A stretch of DNA of 64,000 bases, taken from IMG/VR virus record IMGVR_UViG_3300022701_000176; one strand, 5' to 3'. Shown in pieces: positions 38,140-46,765 of the stretch. Position numbers and translations under genes: made by a program. Source of the DNA: a virus (Duplodnaviria > Heunggongvirae > Uroviricota > Caudoviricetes). The first letter of the stretch is position 1, and every line of letters begins with the position of its first letter. The notes below the pieces were generated by a model that saw only the letters and a program-made list of their open reading frames with translations, had not been told where the DNA came from and searched no databases.

Positions 38140-38550
38140 TTAAAAATCCGTTAATGCTTGTTTAACGAAATCTTTAATTGACGATTTATCATAGTTGTCG
38201 TTTATATACTTCTCGATCTTATCTTTATCAAGATCTTTATTCGTATGTATGCATAAGATGTTTTTACCCAACATCTTTTCATACACAGCTTTGATTTTCA
38301 TCATTGTCAACTTCTCTTCAATTCCGATTTCATCATTATCTTTTTCATCTGGCGATTCATCGGAGACATTTTTGAGAATTCTCTTCGCCATTATCTCACG
38401 AATTCTTTGAGACTCTAGTAACTCAATATCGTCTACCTTGAATATATGACCATTATCATCTGGCTCATCCAGTTGTTTTAGTATGAATAGAAAATGGTTT
38501 TCATATGTGTTGATGATTTCTTCATTCATTTCTTCTGTTGATTGTCCCAT
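38140..38550 (-). CDS. hypothetical acidic protein
   Basis: 136-aa ORF rich in Asp/Glu, followed at 4 nt by 38555..39994. Confidence 0.4.
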   Translation of the reverse strand: MGQSTEEMNEEIINTYENHFLFILKQLDEPDDNGHIFKVDDIELLESQRIREIMAKRILKNVSDESPDEKDNDEIGIEEKLTMMKIKAVYEKMLGKNILCIHTNKDLDKDKIEKYINDNYDKSSIKDFVKQALTDF

Positions 38551-38554
38551 ATTA

Positions 38555-39994
38555 TTATTTCTCCATTGATTTCGTTATATGGATGGTTTTCGTATCACAA
38601 TCGCCAAGAGTTACATCCTGTCCTCTAAACATACTCCGTTCCGTGATAACCCATGTCATTGGGTACTCTTCCGTCCAATCATAATTATGATAAATCGATT
38701 CAACATCAGATTCGTAATCAGTTAAAAACAATACAGAACTGATCTCAATTTCTTCTGCCAAATCCTCTATACGAGAAAATGGTGGATCATGAGACGTTCC
38801 CCCTCTACCAGTAAATCTTCTTACCTTATCGAACACATCATTTGGTGATGGATCATCGAATAATTCAAATTCATCTTTAACTTTATGATCATGAATTATG
38901 AAGTATAATGATCTGAAATGATTTGCAGAATCACATGATATTCCTAAAAATCGTTTTAAATCATCGTCTGATATCGATGCAGAACAATCGATAACAATGA
39001 TTAACGATCTAACATCATCACCATCTATATATGATGGCAGATATGTTATATTGATATAGGGATTACGAATGGTCCAATCGGGTTCTTCATTTGAAGCAGA
39101 TTGGTATACAAGAGCATTTCTCAAGATCTCATCCCAAGGCAATTTAATCTCAAACAAGTCGTTTAACAATAACACGATATTGGCGGTCATATCACCTTTA
39201 CTTATCATGTCAGAATTCCACAACGCTTTTGCTTGAGATGCCAAGTCTTTTAATATTTCATAAGGCGACTTACCATCACCACTATCGCCATCATCATTAT
39301 CATCATCTTCTCCAGATTCAGATTTTCCATCGATTGCTTTTGAATCATTTGCAATAATCTGGCTTTTTCCATTTTTGTCGGTAATTTTTATTACTTTATA
39401 TTTATTACCGTCTTGATCAGTTATCTCTTCCTCCTTTGCTTTATTTCCATTTCCTAAATCGACTTCATTCCCGCATTCGCCTTTACAACTCTCATCACCA
39501 CATTTACATTCGGCTTGATTAATCATCATATCATATAGTTCTTCAGCCGATATGCCGGAATCTTTACTATGAACATCTTCCAGAAAGAAATGGTTGTCTG
39601 GAAGTTGCATATATCTCATTTGTCTAACTTCTCGATTTGTCACATGATCAATTGCTAAAGCCCAAATCATTGGAATCTTTCCAACACTTCTTTCTATATG
39701 ATTTGAAATAATATGAATTATTTCATGGACAATGATAGCAATTATATTTGATCTGTTGAACTGATCGGTTGCACCGAATACTATTCGTTTCCCATCAGTG
39801 TAGGCTAATCCAGTTACACCAACTACTGCTCTGGTATACGCCTGTAATTCTTTCATATTCATAACAACTTTATCCATACTCATGGATAAAATACCAAAGA
39901 ATTTAAGAGAATTTTTATTCAGCAGTATAATATTCGCTTCTGAAACGAGTTTTTCAAACTCTTTTAATGGTATTGGTTTATATTCAGTTGTCAT
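38555..39994 (-). CDS. von Willebrand factor A (vWA)-domain protein with N-terminal HExxH metallopeptidase-like domain
   Basis: N-terminal IIAIIVHEIIHIISNH (HExxH). C-terminal metal-ion-dependent adhesion site (MIDAS) motifs IIVIDCSASIS (DxSxS), TGRGGTSHD and LFLTDYESD. It overlaps the upstream AAA+ gene by 4 nt. Confidence 0.6.
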   Translation of the reverse strand: MTTEYKPIPLKEFEKLVSEANIILLNKNSLKFFGILSMSMDKVVMNMKELQAYTRAVVGVTGLAYTDGKRIVFGATDQFNRSNIIAIIVHEIIHIISNHIERSVGKIPMIWALAIDHVTNREVRQMRYMQLPDNHFFLEDVHSKDSGISAEELYDMMINQAECKCGDESCKGECGNEVDLGNGNKAKEEEITDQDGNKYKVIKITDKNGKSQIIANDSKAIDGKSESGEDDDNDDGDSGDGKSPYEILKDLASQAKALWNSDMISKGDMTANIVLLLNDLFEIKLPWDEILRNALVYQSASNEEPDWTIRNPYINITYLPSYIDGDDVRSLIIVIDCSASISDDDLKRFLGISCDSANHFRSLYFIIHDHKVKDEFELFDDPSPNDVFDKVRRFTGRGGTSHDPPFSRIEDLAEEIEISSVLFLTDYESDVESIYHNYDWTEEYPMTWVITERSMFRGQDVTLGDCDTKTIHITKSMEK

Positions 39995-41190
39995 TTTACT
40001 TCTCCCAATATCCCACTCGTCTTCATGAATTCTGCTAATTTTTTCAGCGGAAGAATATTCTTCGAAGCGAGTGTTTTTATAAGATCATGACCTTTTCCCT
40101 TGCCATGAACGTATTTTATCGAACAGATCATTAACTCTTTATTCGACTTATGAATCTTATTCAAAATATCTACGTAGATTTTTGAATAATATACTCTTTC
40201 TTTTTCATTATCTGTCGAATAATAGTGGGAATAATATGCATCAGTTACTGCATATATAAATGCAAATCGTTCAACTGATTTAACAGGAATATCAAACTGT
40301 CCTGTTGCAAAGATCGCTTTCGTATCAAACTGAGAATATATGTCTGTATAGATCTTGAACTTCGCTGCTGCTTCATGTCCAACGTATGCAGCATAAATGG
40401 AACTTTGCGTTGATCCAGACAATTTTTTCCACATATCTCTTTTCTGAAGAGCTTGAATCTTCGTTGAGAGATATGTCCAAGAACGAGGAGAGGGCCAGGG
40501 GTCAACCATTGATTCTTCACCCTGAAAGAATTCTCTATTTGACATATCTTCCAAAAACGAGATAATCGGACCATATACTTCATTTTTGAAAGCAAATTTA
40601 TCACGCCAATTCTTATACGATGGTTTGATATAATATTTGGCAACTCGGTTCATCACTGCACCGAATTGGGGTTTGGAGCCAGACAGTGCTTTATCATTGC
40701 CAGCAAGCATTATTAATGTGTCTGCCGGAAACCCTTTACCTCTAATTGTATAATCAGTAAATGCTTCGAATCCGACTGATTGAACTGATTTTGAGGCAAG
40801 ATGCCAATCATCGATTACAATCAAAACTGGTTTTTCTTTACTTAATTCTCTTGCTTCACATATAATATCTGGAATAGACCAGATTGTATGCATTTCTTTT
40901 CTCTTTCCTTCTTCCGATTCAATATGTAAAAAGTCGGGTATACCGCCCAACTCCTCAACTTTCAAGAATCCAGCATTTCGAACGATAAGATGGAAGTTTT
41001 GCTTTTTCGCAAGTTCACGAAGTGATTCAGTTTTACCGGAACCGGGAGGTCCAACGAAATAGTTGATTGCCATTTTTATTTCTGGGTTCTCGATCTTTTC
41101 TTTGTGATCGATAATAGCTATACTAATAGCTTCATGTAAATTAAGAACATGATCACTCATAACAGTACCACTTCTTCCATTTTCAGACAT
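39991..41190 (-). CDS. AAA+ ATPase (MoxR-like)
   Basis: Walker A FVGPPGSGKTESL and Walker B PVLIVIDDWH; translationally coupled to the vWA gene. Confidence 0.65.
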   Translation of the reverse strand: MSENGRSGTVMSDHVLNLHEAISIAIIDHKEKIENPEIKMAINYFVGPPGSGKTESLRELAKKQNFHLIVRNAGFLKVEELGGIPDFLHIESEEGKRKEMHTIWSIPDIICEARELSKEKPVLIVIDDWHLASKSVQSVGFEAFTDYTIRGKGFPADTLIMLAGNDKALSGSKPQFGAVMNRVAKYYIKPSYKNWRDKFAFKNEVYGPIISFLEDMSNREFFQGEESMVDPWPSPRSWTYLSTKIQALQKRDMWKKLSGSTQSSIYAAYVGHEAAAKFKIYTDIYSQFDTKAIFATGQFDIPVKSVERFAFIYAVTDAYYSHYYSTDNEKERVYYSKIYVDILNKIHKSNKELMICSIKYVHGKGKGHDLIKTLASKNILPLKKLAEFMKTSGILGEVK

Positions 41191-41202
41191 GTAAATCTCC
41201 TT

Positions 41203-41949
41203 TTAAATTATTTGCTTAGAATGACAATGTATAGTCAACGTTTCTGCAAAAGGCCATATAAGATCTTTCCACACAAACGATTTGTCGATTTCATTATGAT
41301 CTATAAAATTAAGAGATGATTTATTTATTGTTATGACACTATCATCATATATAAGTGGCATTATCAATTTATCATTCTCTTCTTTTACAAACCATTCGAT
41401 TTTATCAGATGATAATACAACTCGTCTGATTGATTCTAATCCAAATAATATAGACTTCTTAGTTCCGAAATCTATATTTTTAAATAAATCGTAGAATGAA
41501 GTATCAATTGTTCTATTCTTTATACCTTTAACAACGACATCTCCATTCATACATATAGCCATATATGCCGATCTATCTATAGTTATTATTAACTTAGATA
41601 TTATATTTCTCAGTTCTATCGGCATAGTATTCTTTATATTTTTAATTTTTTTATTCGTAACTATTCCATCTTTTGTTCTTATAATTACATCATTTTCCGA
41701 TAGATCATTTGTTTTTATATAATATTCCATTATATATGATGTTACTTTGTTTATGTAAATATTTAATGTTGGATTATCTCTTTGTAATAGTCCAATTTGT
41801 ACAACTCTTGTATTTTTATCTTCATAATTTATACCATTAACGTCCCATCCGATGCTTCTTAGGATATTGTATCCACATGCTCTTACATCATATATGTACA
41901 AATTAGAATATATAAGTGGACCATCTTTTATTATTCTCATTTTAAACAC
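41203..41949 (-). CDS. hypothetical protein
   Basis: 248-aa ORF with no recognised motif. Confidence 0.4.
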   Translation of the reverse strand: MFKMRIIKDGPLIYSNLYIYDVRACGYNILRSIGWDVNGINYEDKNTRVVQIGLLQRDNPTLNIYINKVTSYIMEYYIKTNDLSENDVIIRTKDGIVTNKKIKNIKNTMPIELRNIISKLIITIDRSAYMAICMNGDVVVKGIKNRTIDTSFYDLFKNIDFGTKKSILFGLESIRRVVLSSDKIEWFVKEENDKLIMPLIYDDSVITINKSSLNFIDHNEIDKSFVWKDLIWPFAETLTIHCHSKQII

Positions 41950-42004
41950 CTATCCCCGGCAGATATGTTACCCGTATATATGTATATCGTACCGGGGATA
42001 TAGT

Positions 42005-42790
42005 TTAGCCATTTATGGCATATTGTTGATTGATTGGTCTGTATGATAATTTAGTAATTGTTGTCAATAGCTTTTTTACATAATTAACATCAACCGTCTC
42101 AATCAACGTTTCATTCATAACGTTTAATGCATCTTCTATGCTGATAACTTCGTCATTATCAACCATATTGCGATACTTTGCCCCTATTTTTCTAAACGTT
42201 ATTTTATGGATGTCTGTTAGATTATCGTTTAGTCTATTTGGTTCAAGATGATTATCTTTTCTAAATGACCAAACAACATTCTTTGTCGCTTTAGTTACTA
42301 TCATCTGATAAACACGATCACAAGTTACATCATTGGATCTTTCTATGAATGCAACTATCTTTTTTCCTTTCATCGGATCATATGGGATATATGCAAATAT
42401 TCCATTATCACCATAGTACTGTTTAATCATAAATCCATTATTATGAATCTTCGATTTAGTACTGGTGTATATGTATGTTATTGCATTTTTATTCATAACG
42501 AATGGTATTAATGTGTTGTTATCTGATAAAATCATTCTTGTCTTTTCTTTATTTGAAAATGTCAAATTATCTTTTATCAGTAATTGACCCGTTATATTTG
42601 AATTAATCCCGATACTTGTTAGATCTACTACTTCGAACTCGTTTATATTCTCACAAAACTCATGCCATTTTAAATTTCCCAATTTAAAATCTTGGGAATT
42701 CTGTGATTCAAAAACATTGGTTTGTATGAATTTTATGGATTCTTTATATTTATTTATATTTTTTCTTAATAAATCATAAACAGTAGTCAT
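42005..42790 (-). CDS. hypothetical protein
   Basis: 261-aa ORF with no recognised motif. Confidence 0.4.
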   Translation of the reverse strand: MTTVYDLLRKNINKYKESIKFIQTNVFESQNSQDFKLGNLKWHEFCENINEFEVVDLTSIGINSNITGQLLIKDNLTFSNKEKTRMILSDNNTLIPFVMNKNAITYIYTSTKSKIHNNGFMIKQYYGDNGIFAYIPYDPMKGKKIVAFIERSNDVTCDRVYQMIVTKATKNVVWSFRKDNHLEPNRLNDNLTDIHKITFRKIGAKYRNMVDNDEVISIEDALNVMNETLIETVDVNYVKKLLTTITKLSYRPINQQYAING

Positions 42791-42802
42791 ATAAATATCT
42801 CC

Positions 42803-43474
42803 TTATATCATAGTGAATTTTCTATTTACGTGAGTCGTAAACTCTTTATTCACATCGAGATTTTTCAAAAAGCTACCTCTCAACGCAATCATCGTAACAC
42901 CATCTGCATGTTCGCCCTGTTCAACTCCCCGTGCACACATACAGTTATGTATTGCTTCAGTAGCAACCCCTAATCCTTCTACGCTCAATTTATCAACCAT
43001 TAGGGATGCCAATATATTTGTAAAGTCTTCTTGAAGTATTGGTGCACGACCAATCATTTTTACAGTTTCTGATATTTTTGATAAACCAGGAACTTTACAT
43101 CGCTTTGGTATATCATGCTGTGTTGGAATATACCCAACCACCACTTTATATCTTACATCTTCGAAGTGATGAGGACACAGGGAGTGGATTCTAATTACTT
43201 GAGATACAATCATTCCATTAAATTGTGTTGGGAATGATTTAGTCTCTAATCCACTGTAATCAAGATTATGATAATCTATTCCAGAACATCGTTCCAATAC
43301 CATTGATTTTGCAATTCGGGTTGGGGTATCTCTGAAATTTTCATCAGATCTCCAATCGACATAAAATGCATCTAATATTGTATTCCATGCATCTTCAATC
43401 ATTGATATTTTAGTTTCATTATCATTATTTGATGGTTTAACGCTACCAAACTTAAATAGATTGTTTTCAGGCAT
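42803..43474 (-). CDS. folE: GTP cyclohydrolase I (FolE)
   Basis: RDTPTRIAKSM (TPxRxAK), SLCPHHFEDV (the CEHH-type zinc site) and HNCMCARGV (HxCMxMRGV). Confidence 0.75.
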   Translation of the reverse strand: MPENNLFKFGSVKPSNNDNETKISMIEDAWNTILDAFYVDWRSDENFRDTPTRIAKSMVLERCSGIDYHNLDYSGLETKSFPTQFNGMIVSQVIRIHSLCPHHFEDVRYKVVVGYIPTQHDIPKRCKVPGLSKISETVKMIGRAPILQEDFTNILASLMVDKLSVEGLGVATEAIHNCMCARGVEQGEHADGVTMIALRGSFLKNLDVNKEFTTHVNRKFTMI

Positions 43475-43489
43475 TTTATATTTCCTGTT

Positions 43490-46489
43490 TTAATTTTTTA
43501 TTTTTAAACCAAGTATGTCTAAATATGCTTCTAATAATTTCATACTTTGTGGTCTGTCATCAAATGAATCATCAGATAAGCTTGGATTATTTAATATATC
43601 TTTTGTTAATAATTTATTCTTTAATCCCGGCGAATCACTCTGAACAGTTAACAAATCTCTTAAGAAATTTGTTCCACCATGAGCCAATAAAGCCCACGTT
43701 TCCATCTCACCAAATCTATGACCACCACTCCTTGATTTACCACCAAGTGGTTGAAGTGTCTTTTTACTATATGGTCCAATACTTCTTGCTGCCATTTTTT
43801 CAGATGATCGATGTATTAATTTAGTAAAGAATATATATCCAGATACGATAAATCTTTTTATATTCATTCCTGTTTCTGGATCAAATATTTCATATCTAAA
43901 TTCCGAATCAACAATAAACATTAAATTGAATAAATCATATATAGATATTGATTGGAATGGTGGTTGTATGAAATATAAGTTTTCTTCTGGATCATTGTTA
44001 TTATTATAATTTTCTATAAATTCAGATCTTATTTTATTTTTTATCCATTCATCATCTGTTTTATCAATTATATCAAGAACTTGATCCAAAAGTTCTAATT
44101 TATCATCTAAACCATCAATTTCTTTTAATTTCAATTTTAATTGATGAAGACATTCGCTCATGTGTAATTCATATAATTGACCAATATTCATTCTTGATAT
44201 AATACCAAGTGGATTTATAATAATATCTAAATTCCTTCCATCTGGTAATTTTGGCATTTTATTATCTGGAATTATTCTTGATATTATACCTTTGTTACCG
44301 TGTCTGTTTGCTACTTTATCACCTTCTCCTATTTGTTGTTCATATACTGCTTGCATTTTTACAAGTATCCCGCCAAATCGTTTTCCTTTGTGTGCATATT
44401 TCCCTTTTTGATTAACACAATCTAATCGAGATAGCCCATTTTTAGTTACAAATGCATTCACATCATCTTTATTGTCCATAAATCTCTCAAGCCGACTATA
44501 TAATTGAATATAATTATCAGTTTGAGTAATCATCATCCTTTCTATAAAATCATGAAATTCTTTTATTTGTTTATTCCAACTATTTGGATATATTTCAATA
44601 TCGGTTATCGTACAATCAACTGGAGCAGTTGGTTCAAATGGTTCAATATTTATTGATTCAAAACCATCTTCATCGTCAATAGTTTTAACTCTTGCATAAA
44701 TCTGACCCTTTTTAAGTTTATCACCAACTGAAAATAGTGGCATATATTCTTCATCGATTAAACTTAGGAGGACTTGTCCAGGTTCTATGCTAAAAGTAAG
44801 ATCAATACTATGTAATGAAGTGAATTTTTTTCTTGTTGATTCACTTATTACAATACCATCTTCATAGTTCCAACCTTTCCATATAGCTATACCTGTTAAT
44901 AAATTATGACCAAGTTTCAATTCACCATTATCAAGCGTTATAGATTCACATAAAATATCACCCTTTTTAAATTCTTCTCCAACTTTATAGTAACATTTTA
45001 TGTAATCAACGGTGTTTTGATACATGTTTCTATAATTTATATTTATAACTTCTGATGTTTTATCAACATACATTGCAATTACAAATTTATTATTGGCATG
45101 AACAATAGCACCATCATTTTTTGCAATATGGGTAAAAGTGGTATGCTCAATATTCATACTTTCTAAGCCACTTCGTATAAATGGTTTCTCAGAATCTTTT
45201 AATATTATTGATTGTTTCAATTGATTTGATGCCATTTGAAGTCGAATCTGGTCATCATTTTTAAGAAATGGAACAAGAGATATAGGGTAAGATGTTATAA
45301 CTTCTTGATCTGGAGTTCCAAATATTCCATTTTCTCCAATATCTATTGTTGGAATCATATTTAATATAACACCACAACCTTCCCGGTCTGGTGTATCTGC
45401 TGGACATACATATCCAAACTGACTATGATGAATATCTCTAAGATGGTTTGGAACATTTTCTTTCTTAAATCCACCTGGACCAGTTAGAGACAATTGACAC
45501 ATGGAAGCGATTTCTGTGACAGGATTTATTGGAAAGTTAAAATGAACAATACTACTCACATTACAACCATCCAATATAATATTTTTGTTTATCTTAAATT
45601 TCGTATTTTTTGGATCGTTGTTTATTGTTACAATCATATCATAAAATTTTTTGACCAATGGAAACAGTATATATTCTGATAATCTTATTCTTTTTCTTTT
45701 GAATGTTTTATCAGATTTAGAACCATCGTATATTCCCTGCAACAATTCGAATAGTATTGATTCAGTTTTCATTAATTTTTTGCTGAATATATCTATTTCA
45801 TATGCTGCTTTTAACGAAAATAAAACACTTTTCCCTTTTTTATATTTATCTATATTGGCAGAAGAGTATAATTTTCCTATATTTGTTGTTCTCTCCTTTT
45901 TGCTTATATCGTATAATTTTTTACACTCTACTATAAGATTATTTACATATTGATTATTTGGTCTTCCAGCTATAAACTCTTCAATTTCTTCTTTTGTATG
46001 AAATGTTGAAAGAAGAAGAGCAAGAGATATTTTTTTATTAAAAAGAGTTACTATATAATTCTCTCTATCTCTTATATTATTGAGATTAAGTTCTATATTT
46101 ATCGTATTTGTTCTTAATTTCAATAAACCATTTCGATATATAATTGGAAAATCGTATAATTGAAAGATTGGTATCTTCAGATATCCACCAATATAGAAAA
46201 AATGATTTTCTATGATATCAGGTATTTTAATATCATAATTAAGATCTTTTTTCTTTCGTGTATTTCCATTTTTTAAAGTAGCTCTAAGTATCGAATATAT
46301 ATTATATTTCAATTCTTCAAGACGCTTTGCATGAGAATTTATCCAATCACATTTCTCAAAAGTCCAGTTATTGATTAAAGATACATTTTCGAATATTTCA
46401 GTTATTAACCGTTTTATTCGATCTTTATCCCACTCGATACTTCTTCTAAAAAATATATCATTCTTCTTGTATCTTTTATCCATAATCAT
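43490..46489 (-). CDS. DNA-directed RNA polymerase beta subunit (divergent; C-terminal two-thirds clearly homologous)
   Basis: GPGGFKKENVPNHLRDIHHSQFGYVCPADTPDREGCGVILNM (beta region D), NRHGNKGIISRIIPDNKMPKLPDGRNLDIIINPLGIISRMNIGQLYELH, and GGKSRSGGHRFGEMETWALLAHGG. Confidence 0.8.
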   Translation of the reverse strand: MIMDKRYKKNDIFFRRSIEWDKDRIKRLITEIFENVSLINNWTFEKCDWINSHAKRLEELKYNIYSILRATLKNGNTRKKKDLNYDIKIPDIIENHFFYIGGYLKIPIFQLYDFPIIYRNGLLKLRTNTINIELNLNNIRDRENYIVTLFNKKISLALLLSTFHTKEEIEEFIAGRPNNQYVNNLIVECKKLYDISKKERTTNIGKLYSSANIDKYKKGKSVLFSLKAAYEIDIFSKKLMKTESILFELLQGIYDGSKSDKTFKRKRIRLSEYILFPLVKKFYDMIVTINNDPKNTKFKINKNIILDGCNVSSIVHFNFPINPVTEIASMCQLSLTGPGGFKKENVPNHLRDIHHSQFGYVCPADTPDREGCGVILNMIPTIDIGENGIFGTPDQEVITSYPISLVPFLKNDDQIRLQMASNQLKQSIILKDSEKPFIRSGLESMNIEHTTFTHIAKNDGAIVHANNKFVIAMYVDKTSEVININYRNMYQNTVDYIKCYYKVGEEFKKGDILCESITLDNGELKLGHNLLTGIAIWKGWNYEDGIVISESTRKKFTSLHSIDLTFSIEPGQVLLSLIDEEYMPLFSVGDKLKKGQIYARVKTIDDEDGFESINIEPFEPTAPVDCTITDIEIYPNSWNKQIKEFHDFIERMMITQTDNYIQLYSRLERFMDNKDDVNAFVTKNGLSRLDCVNQKGKYAHKGKRFGGILVKMQAVYEQQIGEGDKVANRHGNKGIISRIIPDNKMPKLPDGRNLDIIINPLGIISRMNIGQLYELHMSECLHQLKLKLKEIDGLDDKLELLDQVLDIIDKTDDEWIKNKIRSEFIENYNNNNDPEENLYFIQPPFQSISIYDLFNLMFIVDSEFRYEIFDPETGMNIKRFIVSGYIFFTKLIHRSSEKMAARSIGPYSKKTLQPLGGKSRSGGHRFGEMETWALLAHGGTNFLRDLLTVQSDSPGLKNKLLTKDILNNPSLSDDSFDDRPQSMKLLEAYLDILGLKIKN

Positions 46490-46765
46490 TCCTTTTTTTT
46501 AAAAAAGTACAATTTCGTTTATAAACTCTTTGAAATAATTTTTATCACATGACAATGTTATTAATTCACGACCAGCGCCATAAATCACTTCAAATGTCAT
46601 ATCATCTTTAGAACTATCATGTATTATCTTTAACTTAAGATAATTTGGTTTACCATCTTCAGATAATTGTCTTTCAACACTGAATTTGGTCTTTTTTTCT
46701 TTTTCAATAAAAACTTTATCAGGTATAATAAATCTCCTACTTATAATTTAATATATATATTCATA

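Noticed and set aside
40245-40643. ORF 40245..40643(-) inside the AAA+ gene, plus various 60-100 aa ORFs antisense to large genes (for example 33988..34218, 45494..45953, 49362..49706, 51498..51799)
   Set aside because: These lie in alternative frames of or antisense to well-supported genes, have no RBS, and give low-complexity products.
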